This document shows, piece by piece, positions 8,135 through 17,171 of a DNA stretch of 44,017 nucleotides. The stretch comes from an uncultured Candidatus Saccharibacteria bacterium (GTDB taxonomy: Bacteria > Patescibacteriota > Minisyncoccia > Minisyncoccales > PEYH01). Position 1 is the first letter of the stretch. The number at the start of each line of letters is the position of its first letter. The stretch spans positions 1-44,017 of the forward strand of contig CAYNAD010000001.1 of assembly GCA_964395215.1 (NCBI GenBank). The letters run 5' to 3'. The translations under genes were made by a program, and so were the position numbers. The notes under the pieces were generated by a model, which was not told the DNA's origin, ran no database searches, and saw only the letters and a list, made by a program, of their open reading frames with translations.

Positions 8135-8851
8135 ATGACTAAGAGAATTGTAGTAGCGGTAGCTGTGTCGGCTATGTTGATGATTTTTCTTTGTGGTTGT
8201 GAATTGATTCAGGGCTTTTTGCCCGGGCTTGTCCCAGAAGCTGTCATCAACATTACAGAAACACACCTTCAGCCAGGCAAGTCCGTCCCAGTGTCGGCAG
8301 AAGGATCAATGAGCCCCAGTGGGAATGCATTAACGAAGTTTATTTGGAACTTCGGCGATGGAACAGGCGAGATGGTTTCCCCTAACCCTTCCCATTCCTA
8401 TCAGAGAGGTGGTAGCTATACTATCACATTGGTAGTAGTAGACGATTTGGGATTACGCAGTAATCCAGCCACTATTCTGGTTACTGTCAACCATCGTCCT
8501 GTCCTTATAGGATTTCTAGAGGAGCTCACTGATTTTCCGAGTGGACAGGGATTCTATTGCATTCTAGATGGGCAAGTGATTTATCCCAATGCTAAGACTG
8601 GACCACTAGGGATTATCTCAGCAGTGCGTTACACATACTGGAAAATTGACTCTTCGTCTTCTTCTGATCCTGATGGATGGATTGTCTCTCGATACTTGAG
8701 TTGGTCAGGTCGTGACTTCGAAATCGGTCAAATTGATTATTTCGCGGTTCCAGCAGATGGAGATATTTATAGGAACCTGGGACTTACCCTGATCGACAAC
8801 GAAGGATTGAAGAACACTATATACTACGACGTAACCAGTCCTATTGGTTAG
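8135..8851 (+). CDS. Putative lipoprotein with PKD-like domains
   Basis: 238-aa ORF with a GGAGAGG SD. Signal peptide with a lipobox-like LCGC. PKD signature WNFGDGTGE..HSYQRGGSYTITLVVVDDLGL. Confidence 0.75.
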   Translation: MTKRIVVAVAVSAMLMIFLCGCELIQGFLPGLVPEAVINITETHLQPGKSVPVSAEGSMSPSGNALTKFIWNFGDGTGEMVSPNPSHSYQRGGSYTITLVVVDDLGLRSNPATILVTVNHRPVLIGFLEELTDFPSGQGFYCILDGQVIYPNAKTGPLGIISAVRYTYWKIDSSSSSDPDGWIVSRYLSWSGRDFEIGQIDYFAVPADGDIYRNLGLTLIDNEGLKNTIYYDVTSPIG

Positions 8852-8855
8852 GTCA

Positions 8856-8905
8856 CCCCCCCGCCCCCTGTTCTGTTTCTAGAACAGCGGGGCGCTTCTT
8901 TTTTT
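8856..8905 (+). terminator. Terminator, copy 2 of the duplicated element (C7 tract + identical hairpin)
   Basis: 8863-8893 is identical to 8031-8061 and is followed by a T-run. Confidence 0.8.
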
Positions 8906-8930
8906 GTTTTTAGTATGTTAGATTTAGAAT

Positions 8931-11423
8931 ATGTCTATACTCAAAAAAATCTTTGGGGACGAGAATGAAAAATATCTAAAGAAGATTCAGCCCTTGGCTG
9001 ATGAGATTAATAAGCTTGAAACAGAATTTGAGCGGTTTTCAGTTGAAGAGCTGAAAAGTAAAACAAAAGAGTTTAAAGAACAAATTAAAACAGGAACAAG
9101 TATAGATGCTCTTTTACCACGAGCATATGCTTTAGTGCGGGAAGCAGCTAAAAAAACATTAAATCAAAGACACTTTGATGTTCAACTGATTGGCGGTATT
9201 GCCCTGCATCAAGCCAAAGTGAATGAAATGAAAACAGGAGAAGGAAAAACTCTTGCCTCAACTCTGCCAACTTATCTAAATGCTTTAGAAGGAAAAGGAG
9301 TTCATGTTGTTACAGTAAATGAATACCTAGCAAAAAGAGATACTGTTTGGATGGGCCAAATATATCATGCCTTGGGCTTAACAGTTAGCTGTTTAGTTCA
9401 TCAAGGAGCTTTAATGTATGATCCTGATTATAAACCGGGCGAAGGGACGGAAGAACCGGAGGATTCAGAAGCACGGGATAAACAAAGGGATGAGCTTGGA
9501 GGATTTAAGGTCGTAGAAAGCTACTTAAGGCCTGTATCTAGAAAAGAGGCATATTTAGCAGACATTACTTATGGCATTAATCATGAATTTGGTTTTGATT
9601 ATTTGCGGGATAATATGGTCCATAATCCAGAGCAAAGAGTTCAGAGAGGGCTTAATTTTGCCATAATTGACGAAGTTGATTCTGTTTTAATAGATGAAGC
9701 TCGAACTCCTCTGATTATCTCCGCTCCTGACATGGAAAGTTCTGGACTTTATAAAGAGTTTTCTCAATTGATACCAAAATTGAGCAAGGATACTGATTAT
9801 GAACTTCACGAGAAAGAAAAAGCCGCTACTCTTACAGAGGAAGGTATTGAAAAAGTTGAAAAGATTCTTGGGCTTGAAAATATTTATCAAGAAAAAGGCA
9901 TTAGATATCTTCATTATTTAGAGCAGGCATTGAGGGCAAATGTTTTATTTCAAAAAGACAGGGATTATGTTTCTAAAAACGGCGAGATTATTATTGTTGA
10001 TGAGTTTACTGGTCGGTTAATGCCTGGCAGAAGATGGTCAGGGGGTTTACATCAGGCAATAGAGGCAAAAGAAGGACTTGATGTTAAACCAGAATCATTA
10101 ACCTTGGCTTCTATTTCTATTCAAAATTATTTTAGAATGTACGACAAGCTCGCTGGAATGACTGGTACTGCCGTTAGTTCTGCGGAAGAGTTTGAAAAAG
10201 TTTATAAACTTAATGTGGTTGTGATGCCGACTAACGAACCAGTTGCAAGAAAAGATTTATCAGATGTTGTTTATCAAACCAATAAAGAAAAATTAAAAGC
10301 ATTAGTGGAAAGAGTAAAACAAGCCCACGAAAAGGGTCAGCCGGTTTTGATTGGTACTCGGTCTATTGAAAAGAATGAGCTTTTGGGGGAAATGCTTAAA
10401 ATAGAGGGCGTTCCTCGTGAAATTTTGAATGCTAAACATCATCAGCGTGAAGGTGAAATTATTGCCCAAGCAGGTCGGTTCAAGGCAGTTACAGTTGCTA
10501 CCAATATGGCTGGCAGGGGAGTAGATATCGTGTTCGGGGGTAATCCGCCAAATCCCGAAGAGGCTAAAAAAGTAAAAGAATTGGGTGGGCTTTTAGTTTT
10601 GTGTACTGAAAGACATGAGGCAAGAAGAATTGATAATCAGTTAAGAGGTCGTTCTGGCAGACAAGGAGACCCGGGCGAGAGTCAATTTTTCCTGTCCATG
10701 GAGGATGACTTGATGAGGATTTTTGGCGGAGATAGAATAAAAGTTATGATGGAACGGCTCAAATTGCCGGAAGGCCAACCGATTCAGTCAAAGATAATAT
10801 CTAATGCAGTAGAGTCAGCTCAGGCGAAAATTGAAGGGATGAACTTTGATGCACGAAAACATCTTCTAGAATATGATGATGTAATGAATATTCACAGAAC
10901 TTCTTTTTATAAAAAGAGAAATATGATTGTTGATTCAAATGATGGAGAGATAAAAGAATTGGTCTTAGAATATTTTAATAATCAAAAAGCTGATAAAAAT
11001 AATCTCGATAAAAAAGAAAAAGAATTCGGCAACGAATTTGGTAATGTTTTGCGATATGTTTGTCTAAAAATTTATGATTCACTCTGGCTTAATCATTTAA
11101 CAGAAATGGATTATTTGCGGGACAGGGTTCGCTTGCGCGCCTATGGGCAAATGGACCCATTAGTGGAGTACAAAACTGAAGGTTATAACATGTTTAAACA
11201 ATTATTCGACACATTAGAGAAAAACATTGTAGAAGCAATAACTAATGTAGCGTTAAAACCCCAAGGATCAATGCTTGGAAAATCAACTTCAAAAACATTG
11301 GAACAGGTTGAAAACAGGAGTTCTGCACAGGGTGAAACTATACAAGGCAAGAAAAAGCCAGGCAGGAATGATTCCTGTCCTTGTGGCTCGGGCAAAAAGT
11401 ATAAAAAATGTTGTGGAAAATAA
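8931..11423 (+). CDS. secA: Preprotein translocase ATPase SecA
   Basis: 830-aa ORF with SecA DEAD motor motifs (MKTGEGKTL, DEVDSVLIDEARTPLIIS) and the C-terminal zinc-binding CPCGSGKKYKKCCG. Confidence 0.97.
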   Translation: MSILKKIFGDENEKYLKKIQPLADEINKLETEFERFSVEELKSKTKEFKEQIKTGTSIDALLPRAYALVREAAKKTLNQRHFDVQLIGGIALHQAKVNEMKTGEGKTLASTLPTYLNALEGKGVHVVTVNEYLAKRDTVWMGQIYHALGLTVSCLVHQGALMYDPDYKPGEGTEEPEDSEARDKQRDELGGFKVVESYLRPVSRKEAYLADITYGINHEFGFDYLRDNMVHNPEQRVQRGLNFAIIDEVDSVLIDEARTPLIISAPDMESSGLYKEFSQLIPKLSKDTDYELHEKEKAATLTEEGIEKVEKILGLENIYQEKGIRYLHYLEQALRANVLFQKDRDYVSKNGEIIIVDEFTGRLMPGRRWSGGLHQAIEAKEGLDVKPESLTLASISIQNYFRMYDKLAGMTGTAVSSAEEFEKVYKLNVVVMPTNEPVARKDLSDVVYQTNKEKLKALVERVKQAHEKGQPVLIGTRSIEKNELLGEMLKIEGVPREILNAKHHQREGEIIAQAGRFKAVTVATNMAGRGVDIVFGGNPPNPEEAKKVKELGGLLVLCTERHEARRIDNQLRGRSGRQGDPGESQFFLSMEDDLMRIFGGDRIKVMMERLKLPEGQPIQSKIISNAVESAQAKIEGMNFDARKHLLEYDDVMNIHRTSFYKKRNMIVDSNDGEIKELVLEYFNNQKADKNNLDKKEKEFGNEFGNVLRYVCLKIYDSLWLNHLTEMDYLRDRVRLRAYGQMDPLVEYKTEGYNMFKQLFDTLEKNIVEAITNVALKPQGSMLGKSTSKTLEQVENRSSAQGETIQGKKKPGRNDSCPCGSGKKYKKCCGK

Positions 11424-11424
11424 T

Positions 11425-11916
11425 ATGAAAGATAAAATTATAATCGTTGATGAACGGGATAATGAAATCGATTGCAAGGATCGGAAGACTCTGCCAGAGG
11501 AATGTATATATAGGGTGTCAGCGTTATGGATTAAAAATAATAAAGGCGAAATTCTTTTAGCTAAAAGAGCTCTAAGTAAATCTCATAGTCCGGGGAAATG
11601 GGGGCCGGCGGTAGCTGGCACTGTCGATGAGGGAGAAAATTATAGAGTGAATATTTTGAAAGAAGCCAAAGAAGAAATAGGTCTTGAAAATGTTGATCCG
11701 AGGATAGGACCGAAAGAAAGGGTTTCAGGACGTTATAATTATTTTGTTCAGTGGTATTTATTAACAATTGACAAACCTTTAAGTGAATTCGCTATTAATC
11801 ATAAGGAGGTTGATGAAGTAAAGTGGTTTTCTAAAGATGAGCTGTTAGGGGAGCTTGAAGATAATCCTGATAATTTTTTAAGAACAATGGAACGCTGGGT
11901 GGAATTATTTTGTTAG
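11425..11916 (+). CDS. Nudix hydrolase
   Basis: Nudix box GTVDEGENYRVNILKEAKEEIGL. I prefer the ATG at 11425, 2 nt after the secA stop, over the track start at 11275, which overlaps secA. Confidence 0.8.
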   Translation: MKDKIIIVDERDNEIDCKDRKTLPEECIYRVSALWIKNNKGEILLAKRALSKSHSPGKWGPAVAGTVDEGENYRVNILKEAKEEIGLENVDPRIGPKERVSGRYNYFVQWYLLTIDKPLSEFAINHKEVDEVKWFSKDELLGELEDNPDNFLRTMERWVELFC

Positions 11917-12037
11917 AAGTTAAGCAATGAGAGTATAAGATTGTGGTGTCTTCGACTGGAAGTGAAACTTAAAAATTTGCCGAGATCGTTTTGGCAATTT
12001 TTTTTCGGCAATTTATCAGCACAGATATTAAATTAAA

Positions 12038-12059
12038 ATGGAAACCAGGTTTCCACGAG
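12038..12059 (+). repeat. REP-like palindrome, copy 1 (ATGGAAACCAGGTTTCCACGAG)
   Basis: Perfect palindrome TGGAAACC-A-GGTTTCCA, 43 nt upstream of the RAYT-like gene. Confidence 0.8.
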
Positions 12060-12101
12060 TTTTGTTTTTACAGATTGGATTTTAAGATATAAAATAGAAG
12101 C

Positions 12102-12755
12102 ATGAGGAAAATCAAATTCGTAAATGGAGAATATTATCATATATTAAATCGCGGAGTAGATAAGCGGAATATTTTTCTTGATAAAGAAGACTTAAGAAGA
12201 TTTATTCAAGGATTGCAGGAATTTAATACACTTGATCCAATTGGTAGTATTTACGAATCTCAACTTCGTAAAAAGCATAACGAAAATGGAAACCTGGTTT
12301 CCACGAGAGATGATTCAAAGATTGTAGATTTCATCTGCTATTGTATAAATCCGAATCATTATCATTTTATCTTAGTGCAACTTTCAGATAATGGAATAAG
12401 AAAATTTATGCAACGGATAGCACTTGGGTATTCAAAATATTTTAATCTGAAATATAAAAGAAGTGGAACTTTATTTCAGGGTCCATATAAGGCAACTCAT
12501 ATTGATTCAAATGATTATTTGCTTCATGCGAGCGCTTATATAAATTTAAACAACAAAGTTCATGGATTAGAAAATGTACTTTATAAATCTAGTTGGGGAG
12601 AATATTGTCAAGATAATTATAAGGGGATAGCTTTTTGTAAGAAAGATATTATACTAAAACAATTTTTAAATTCGGATGAATATAAGAGTTTTGCAGAAGA
12701 ATCATTGAAATCTATTCACGAAAGAAAGGAATTAGAAAAATTATTGTTAGATTAA
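12102..12755 (+). CDS. IS200/IS605-type HUH (Y1) transposase-like protein, REP-associated tyrosine transposase (RAYT)-like
   Basis: 217-aa ORF with N-terminal YHILNRGVDKRNIF, the HUH motif NHYHFIL, and a C-terminal catalytic-Tyr region SAYINLNN. Confidence 0.75.
   Translation: MRKIKFVNGEYYHILNRGVDKRNIFLDKEDLRRFIQGLQEFNTLDPIGSIYESQLRKKHNENGNLVSTRDDSKIVDFICYCINPNHYHFILVQLSDNGIRKFMQRIALGYSKYFNLKYKRSGTLFQGPYKATHIDSNDYLLHASAYINLNNKVHGLENVLYKSSWGEYCQDNYKGIAFCKKDIILKQFLNSDEYKSFAEESLKSIHERKELEKLLLD
12285..12309 (+). repeat. REP-like palindrome, copy 2, inside the RAYT-like CDS
   Basis: AATGGAAACCTGGTTTCCACGAGAG, read in frame as ENGNLVSTR. Confidence 0.8.
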
Positions 12756-12762
12756 TAAAAGA

Positions 12763-12785
12763 AATGGAAGCCAGGTTTCCACGGA
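12763..12785 (+). repeat. REP-like palindrome, copy 3
   Basis: AATGGAAGCCAGGTTTCCACGGA, 8 nt after the RAYT stop codon. Confidence 0.8.
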
Positions 12786-12806
12786 TTTCTACGGGCTAAT
12801 TTTTGT

Positions 12807-12834
12807 TTGACTTCCTGGATTTTTATGTTAGATT
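12807..12834 (+). promoter_or_regulatory. Sigma-70-type promoter
   Basis: TTGACT-16 nt-TAGATT. Confidence 0.5.
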
Positions 12835-12840
12835 TAAGTA

Positions 12841-12984
12841 TCTATAGCACCTTACAATTAGTAAGGTTGTGGCTCTTAGGGTAGTAGTTTTGTTGCCACT
12901 TTAAGAGTCGCAACCTTAGGTTGAGGCAAATCCACCAATAGGCGCGTCGCCAAAAGGCGGCTTGTCACAAAAAAGGAGTATGTC
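12841..12984 (+). promoter_or_regulatory. Long structured 5' leader (candidate cis-regulatory RNA) of the 12985 ORF
   Basis: Two mutually exclusive helices. ACCTTAC/GTAAGGT (12849-12867) competes with the 14-bp helix GGTTGTGGCTCTTA (12865-12878)/TAAGAGTCGCAACC (12902-12915). A further GTCGCC/GGCGGC hairpin precedes the SD. Confidence 0.35.
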
Positions 12985-13611
12985 ATGTTCAGAGTGGCGG
13001 GTTCCGAAGGGTTTGGGAAAGAAGTTGGGCTTGTTGAAGAGATGATTAAGACAGGTAGGAGAGTGGGGGCGAGTAGATCTTTTTATGCTGCTCTTGCTCA
13101 CGATAATGATCTTTTTCAAAGAATGGTTGCCCTTGTTGCCCTAGAGAAGGGAGTAACAATAACTACTATTGGTGCGGAATGTTCGTTCGGGGTGATGATT
13201 TCTATCGCTTCAAATCAGAGGAACTACAGTTACGATGGCGCTCTTGGTCGGCTTCACCCAGGACTTATTGGGCCAGACCATTTTGAAATCACGGAGTTCG
13301 GATTCGTTGGCACAGAGACACGACTCTACTGCAACGATGCCTTAAGGGCTCTTGTTGATGAGGGTTTGTCTATATGCAAGCTTCGAGACATTCCAGCTCT
13401 TGTGGCTTCGTGCCCGCGTTTACCAGATTTTAAGCCCATCATCGTGCTTTCTGACGAATTGCCCATAGAGGGATCCGTTGTGGTTATCAGTCGTGATCAT
13501 CGCGGGCGTGGCAATATGAGTATTGAAAAGCCTATTTCAGACAGACACTGGGCTCATCATCCCATGTTCGTTGGACGGCGTGAATCGAAAGTGAAACCCC
13601 TTCATTCCTAA
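12985..13611 (+). CDS. Hypothetical protein (no recognisable family), GC-rich orphan
   Basis: 208-aa ORF with an AGGAG SD 6 nt upstream. A hand count of line 13261-13320 gives 29/60 GC. It has its own GC-rich terminator. Confidence 0.6.
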   Translation: MFRVAGSEGFGKEVGLVEEMIKTGRRVGASRSFYAALAHDNDLFQRMVALVALEKGVTITTIGAECSFGVMISIASNQRNYSYDGALGRLHPGLIGPDHFEITEFGFVGTETRLYCNDALRALVDEGLSICKLRDIPALVASCPRLPDFKPIIVLSDELPIEGSVVVISRDHRGRGNMSIEKPISDRHWAHHPMFVGRRESKVKPLHS

Positions 13612-13626
13612 TCCTCAACCGAGATT

Positions 13627-13660
13627 GGCTCCTGCCCGCTGTTAGCAGGAGCCTTTTAAT
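13627..13660 (+). terminator. Rho-independent terminator
   Basis: GGCTCCTGC-9 nt-GCAGGAGCC followed by TTTTAATTT. Confidence 0.75.
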
Positions 13661-13689
13661 TTGACTTTTGTGCGTTTTGTGAATATAAT
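13661..13689 (+). promoter_or_regulatory. Sigma-70-type promoter of the secD operon
   Basis: TTGACT-17 nt-TATAAT. Confidence 0.7.
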
Positions 13690-13755
13690 CTAAAAATCTA
13701 CTTTTTAATCAAAGTTAGAAATACAAAAGCAATATTATAAATAAAGAAGCAAGAA

Positions 13756-15114
13756 ATGCAAAAGCAATATTATAAATTAATAAGTATTGGGGTGATAATC
13801 TTAGCCATAGTAGCGGCTGTTTTTGTTCAGCCGAGTTTTTTTAATAAAGGGATTGATTTTGTTAATCAGAAACTTAGTTGGGGAGTGCCTCATATTCAGG
13901 GAAAGGAATTTATGCTCGGTCTAGATTTACAGGGAGGAGTAGAACTCTTATACGAGGCAGACTTATCTGATCTTGATCCAGAAGCGCATAGCCAAGCAAT
14001 GAATGGTTTAAGAGATGTAATAGAGAGGAGAATTAATACTTTAGGGGTGCGTGAACCAGAGGTGGAAGCAGTTATATCTGGCGATACCTATCGCTTAAAA
14101 GTAAGAATCCCCGGTATTACCGACCCCCAGGAAGCGATTAAAGAAATAGGCAGAACTCCCTATCTAGAGTTTCAGGAATTAAAAAAAGATTATGAAGAAA
14201 TTCAAGAGAGAAATCAAGAAGTAGAAGTAACAGGAGAAGGTGAGATTGAAGCATTGTTTCAACCGACAGAACTTACTGGTCGCTATTTGAAAGGAGCAGG
14301 AATTGCCTTTGATCAGACCACTAATCAGCCATATATTACTCTTGAATTTAATGAGCAGGGAGCAATAATTTTTGAAGAAATAACAGGAAGGAATATTGAG
14401 AAGCCCATAGCCATATTTATAGATGGAGAGGTTTTGTCTGCTCCTAATGTTAGTCAAAGGATAACTGGTGGCACTGCTCAAATTACAGGAGAATTTACTA
14501 CCGAAGAGGCAAAATTTTTAGCCCGCAACCTTAACGCTGGCGCTTTGCCAGTACCTATTGGCGAACCAATATCTATGGTCACAGTAGGTCCGACTCTGGG
14601 AATGATTTCTCTGCAAAAGAGCTTAAAAGCCGGATTTTTCGGCTTTTTAGCAGTCATTATTTTTTTAATAATTATTTACCGTTTGCCTGGGCTATTAGCT
14701 TCTATCGCTCTCTTAATTTACGGAGTTTTACTTTTAGCATTATTTAAGCTCGGCTCTTTCACTCTCACCTTATCAGGGATTGGTGGTTTCATATTATCCT
14801 TAGGCATGGCTGTAGATGCTAATATTTTGATATTCTCTAGAATGAGAGAAGAGATTAGAAGCGGAAAAGATCTCGCCTCATCAGTTGACGAGGGCTTTAA
14901 AAGGGCTTGGCCTTCTATAAGGGACGGTAATCTTACTACCCTAATTGTGGGTTTGATTCTTTTTGGTGTGGGCACGAGTTTTGTCCAGGGCTTTGCTATT
15001 ACTTTATGTTTAGGTATTTTAATAAGTATGTTTTCTGCAGTGTTTATCAGCAGGAGCTTTCTTGTTGTCTTGGCTCAAACCAGATTAAGTAAAATTAATA
15101 AACTTTGGCTTTAA
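13756..15114 (+). CDS. secD: Protein translocase subunit SecD
   Basis: 452-aa ORF with the periplasmic domain motif LGLDLQGGVELLYEAD and a C-terminal 6-TM SecD/F domain. Confidence 0.9.
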   Translation: MQKQYYKLISIGVIILAIVAAVFVQPSFFNKGIDFVNQKLSWGVPHIQGKEFMLGLDLQGGVELLYEADLSDLDPEAHSQAMNGLRDVIERRINTLGVREPEVEAVISGDTYRLKVRIPGITDPQEAIKEIGRTPYLEFQELKKDYEEIQERNQEVEVTGEGEIEALFQPTELTGRYLKGAGIAFDQTTNQPYITLEFNEQGAIIFEEITGRNIEKPIAIFIDGEVLSAPNVSQRITGGTAQITGEFTTEEAKFLARNLNAGALPVPIGEPISMVTVGPTLGMISLQKSLKAGFFGFLAVIIFLIIIYRLPGLLASIALLIYGVLLLALFKLGSFTLTLSGIGGFILSLGMAVDANILIFSRMREEIRSGKDLASSVDEGFKRAWPSIRDGNLTTLIVGLILFGVGTSFVQGFAITLCLGILISMFSAVFISRSFLVVLAQTRLSKINKLWL

Positions 15115-16268
15115 TGATGGAAAATTATTATCTCACAGCTGAATCGGTAACCCCCGGCCATCCTGACAAAGTAGCAGATGCAATTTCAGATGCTGTTTTA
15201 GATAAAGTTTTGGAGCAAGATAAGTCCGGCAGAGTGGCTTGCGAGGTTTTAGTTGGCAGGGGCTATGTTGTGGTTAGCGGAGAAATTACTACTACTGGAT
15301 ATGTTGATATTCAGGAGATATCAAGGGAAACGATTAAGAAGATTGGATACACAAAACCAGAATACGGATTTGATTTCAGGACTGTAGCTGTTTTTAATGT
15401 AATAAATGAACAGTCTCCGGATATTGCTCAAGGAGTGAAAGAAACAGGAGCCCAGGAGCAGGGCGCAGGTGACCAAGGATCTATGATTGGATATGCGAGC
15501 AAAGAGACAAAGGAATTAATGCCTCTTCCTATAAGTTTAGCTCATAAATTAGTAAAACAGCTTGTGAAAGTAAGAGAAGAAAAAGTTATTCCTTATTTAA
15601 GGCCTGATGGGAAATCCCAAGTCATTATTGAGTATCAGGATAATAAGCCAAAAAGATTGGATTCCGTGATTATCGCAGCCCAGCATGATCCTGATGTGGA
15701 AGCAGAAAAAATTCAGCAAGATATTATTGCTGAAGTTATCAAACCGATCTGCTCATCCCTACTGGATAATGACACAAAATATTATATCAATAACACTGGC
15801 CGTTTTGTAATCGGTGGCCCTGTGTCTGATACTGGTATGACTGGCAGGAAAAATGTGGTTGACGCTTATGGTCCACAGATACCAACCGGCGGAGGAGCTT
15901 TTTCCGGAAAAGATCCAACTAAAGTAGACAGGTCTGCCGCTTATATGGCAAGATATATTGCTAAAAATATTGTAGCCACTGATTTGGTTGAGAATTGTAA
16001 AGTAGAATTATCTTATGCAATTGGAAGCTCGGAGCCTGTTTCAATCAATATTCAGACCAATAAGCCCGAATTAGACGAGAAATTTATTAAGATAGTGCCA
16101 CAAGTATTTGATTTAACTCCAGCCGGCATTATTAAAGAATTAAACCTTTTAGAGCCGATTTATTCAAAAACGACTTGCTTTGGGCATTTCGGAAGAGAAG
16201 ATAATGGTTTTAACTGGGAGAAGAAGGATAAAACAGAAAAATTAATTCAGGCATTAAATTCAGTATGA
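15114..16268 (+). CDS. metK: S-adenosylmethionine synthetase
   Basis: Motifs ESVTPGHPDKVADAISDAVLD, GAGDQGSMIGYA and GGGAFSGKDPTKVDRSAAY. I prefer the ATG at 15114, which overlaps the secD stop (TAATG), over the TTG at 15105 used by the track. Confidence 0.95.
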   Translation: MMENYYLTAESVTPGHPDKVADAISDAVLDKVLEQDKSGRVACEVLVGRGYVVVSGEITTTGYVDIQEISRETIKKIGYTKPEYGFDFRTVAVFNVINEQSPDIAQGVKETGAQEQGAGDQGSMIGYASKETKELMPLPISLAHKLVKQLVKVREEKVIPYLRPDGKSQVIIEYQDNKPKRLDSVIIAAQHDPDVEAEKIQQDIIAEVIKPICSSLLDNDTKYYINNTGRFVIGGPVSDTGMTGRKNVVDAYGPQIPTGGGAFSGKDPTKVDRSAAYMARYIAKNIVATDLVENCKVELSYAIGSSEPVSINIQTNKPELDEKFIKIVPQVFDLTPAGIIKELNLLEPIYSKTTCFGHFGREDNGFNWEKKDKTEKLIQALNSV

Positions 16269-17170
16269 AATTTCCATTTTTAAAATACAGTAAAGTTTAT
16301 TTTTCTTTTTCCCTGATTTTGGCTGTTTTAAGTATTGCAGCTGTATTGGTTTTTGGCTTGAACTGGGGGATTGAGTTTGTGGGTGGCAGTGTTTTAGATG
16401 TTTCATATAGTACAACAGAGATTCGCCCAAGCCAGCAGGAAATAATTTCTGAATTAGAGAAAATCGGTTTAGACAATTTTTCAGTTCGCTTAAGCGGAGA
16501 TTATGGTATAGCGATGAGAATACCAGAAGTGTCTCAAGATATGAAAGACAAGGTATTATATTATTTTTATAATGCCGAGGGGGTAGAAAAAGAGAAGATC
16601 GGGCTTGAGTCCGTGAGTCCGGTTATTGGAGGAGAGACCAAAACTAAAGCCATAAACGCTATATTATATGCTGTGATTGCCATTGTTATTTATGTTGCTG
16701 TTGTTTTTAGGAAGGTTTCTAAACCTATAAAATCCTGGCAATATGGTATTGCGACCGTAATTGCTCTTATGCATGATGTTTTAATTCCAGTCGGGGCGTT
16801 GGCTATACTTGGTCATTTCGCCGGTGTGGAATTTTCTATTCCTATTTTAACCGCGCTTTTAACAATTTTTGGCTATTCAGTAAACGACACAGTTGTTGTT
16901 TTTGATAGAATCAGGGAGAATCTTATAATAGGGAAAGGAGAAACTTTTGATCAAGTTATTGACGAAAGCTTAAATCAAACTGTTGTTCGTTCTATTAATA
17001 CCTCTTTAACAACTCTTTTCGTGCTTTTAGCTCTATTTTTCTTTGGCGGGCAGAGCTTAAACTGGTTTTCTTTTGCTCTAATTATCGGAACTATTGCCGG
17101 TACCTATTCTTCAATATTCTTAGCAAGCACTTTATTGGCAAAGTGGTTGGCATTTTCCCACAGATCTTAA
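16265..17170 (+). CDS. secF: Protein translocase subunit SecF
   Basis: 301-aa ORF with motifs GIEFVGGSVL and SVNDTVVVFDRIREN. Its ATG overlaps the metK stop (ATGA). Confidence 0.9.
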   Translation: MKFPFLKYSKVYFSFSLILAVLSIAAVLVFGLNWGIEFVGGSVLDVSYSTTEIRPSQQEIISELEKIGLDNFSVRLSGDYGIAMRIPEVSQDMKDKVLYYFYNAEGVEKEKIGLESVSPVIGGETKTKAINAILYAVIAIVIYVAVVFRKVSKPIKSWQYGIATVIALMHDVLIPVGALAILGHFAGVEFSIPILTALLTIFGYSVNDTVVVFDRIRENLIIGKGETFDQVIDESLNQTVVRSINTSLTTLFVLLALFFFGGQSLNWFSFALIIGTIAGTYSSIFLASTLLAKWLAFSHRS

Positions 17171-17171
17171 C

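Noticed and set aside
11275-11424. Upstream extensions of track ORFs (Nudix 11275, ftsX 32351, Gmad2-like 38015, CapA-like 42552, metK 15105, RNase H 23733)
   Set aside because: The extensions overlap the preceding gene in another frame or start at TTG. Internal ATG codons right after the upstream stop give N-termini that fit the families better.
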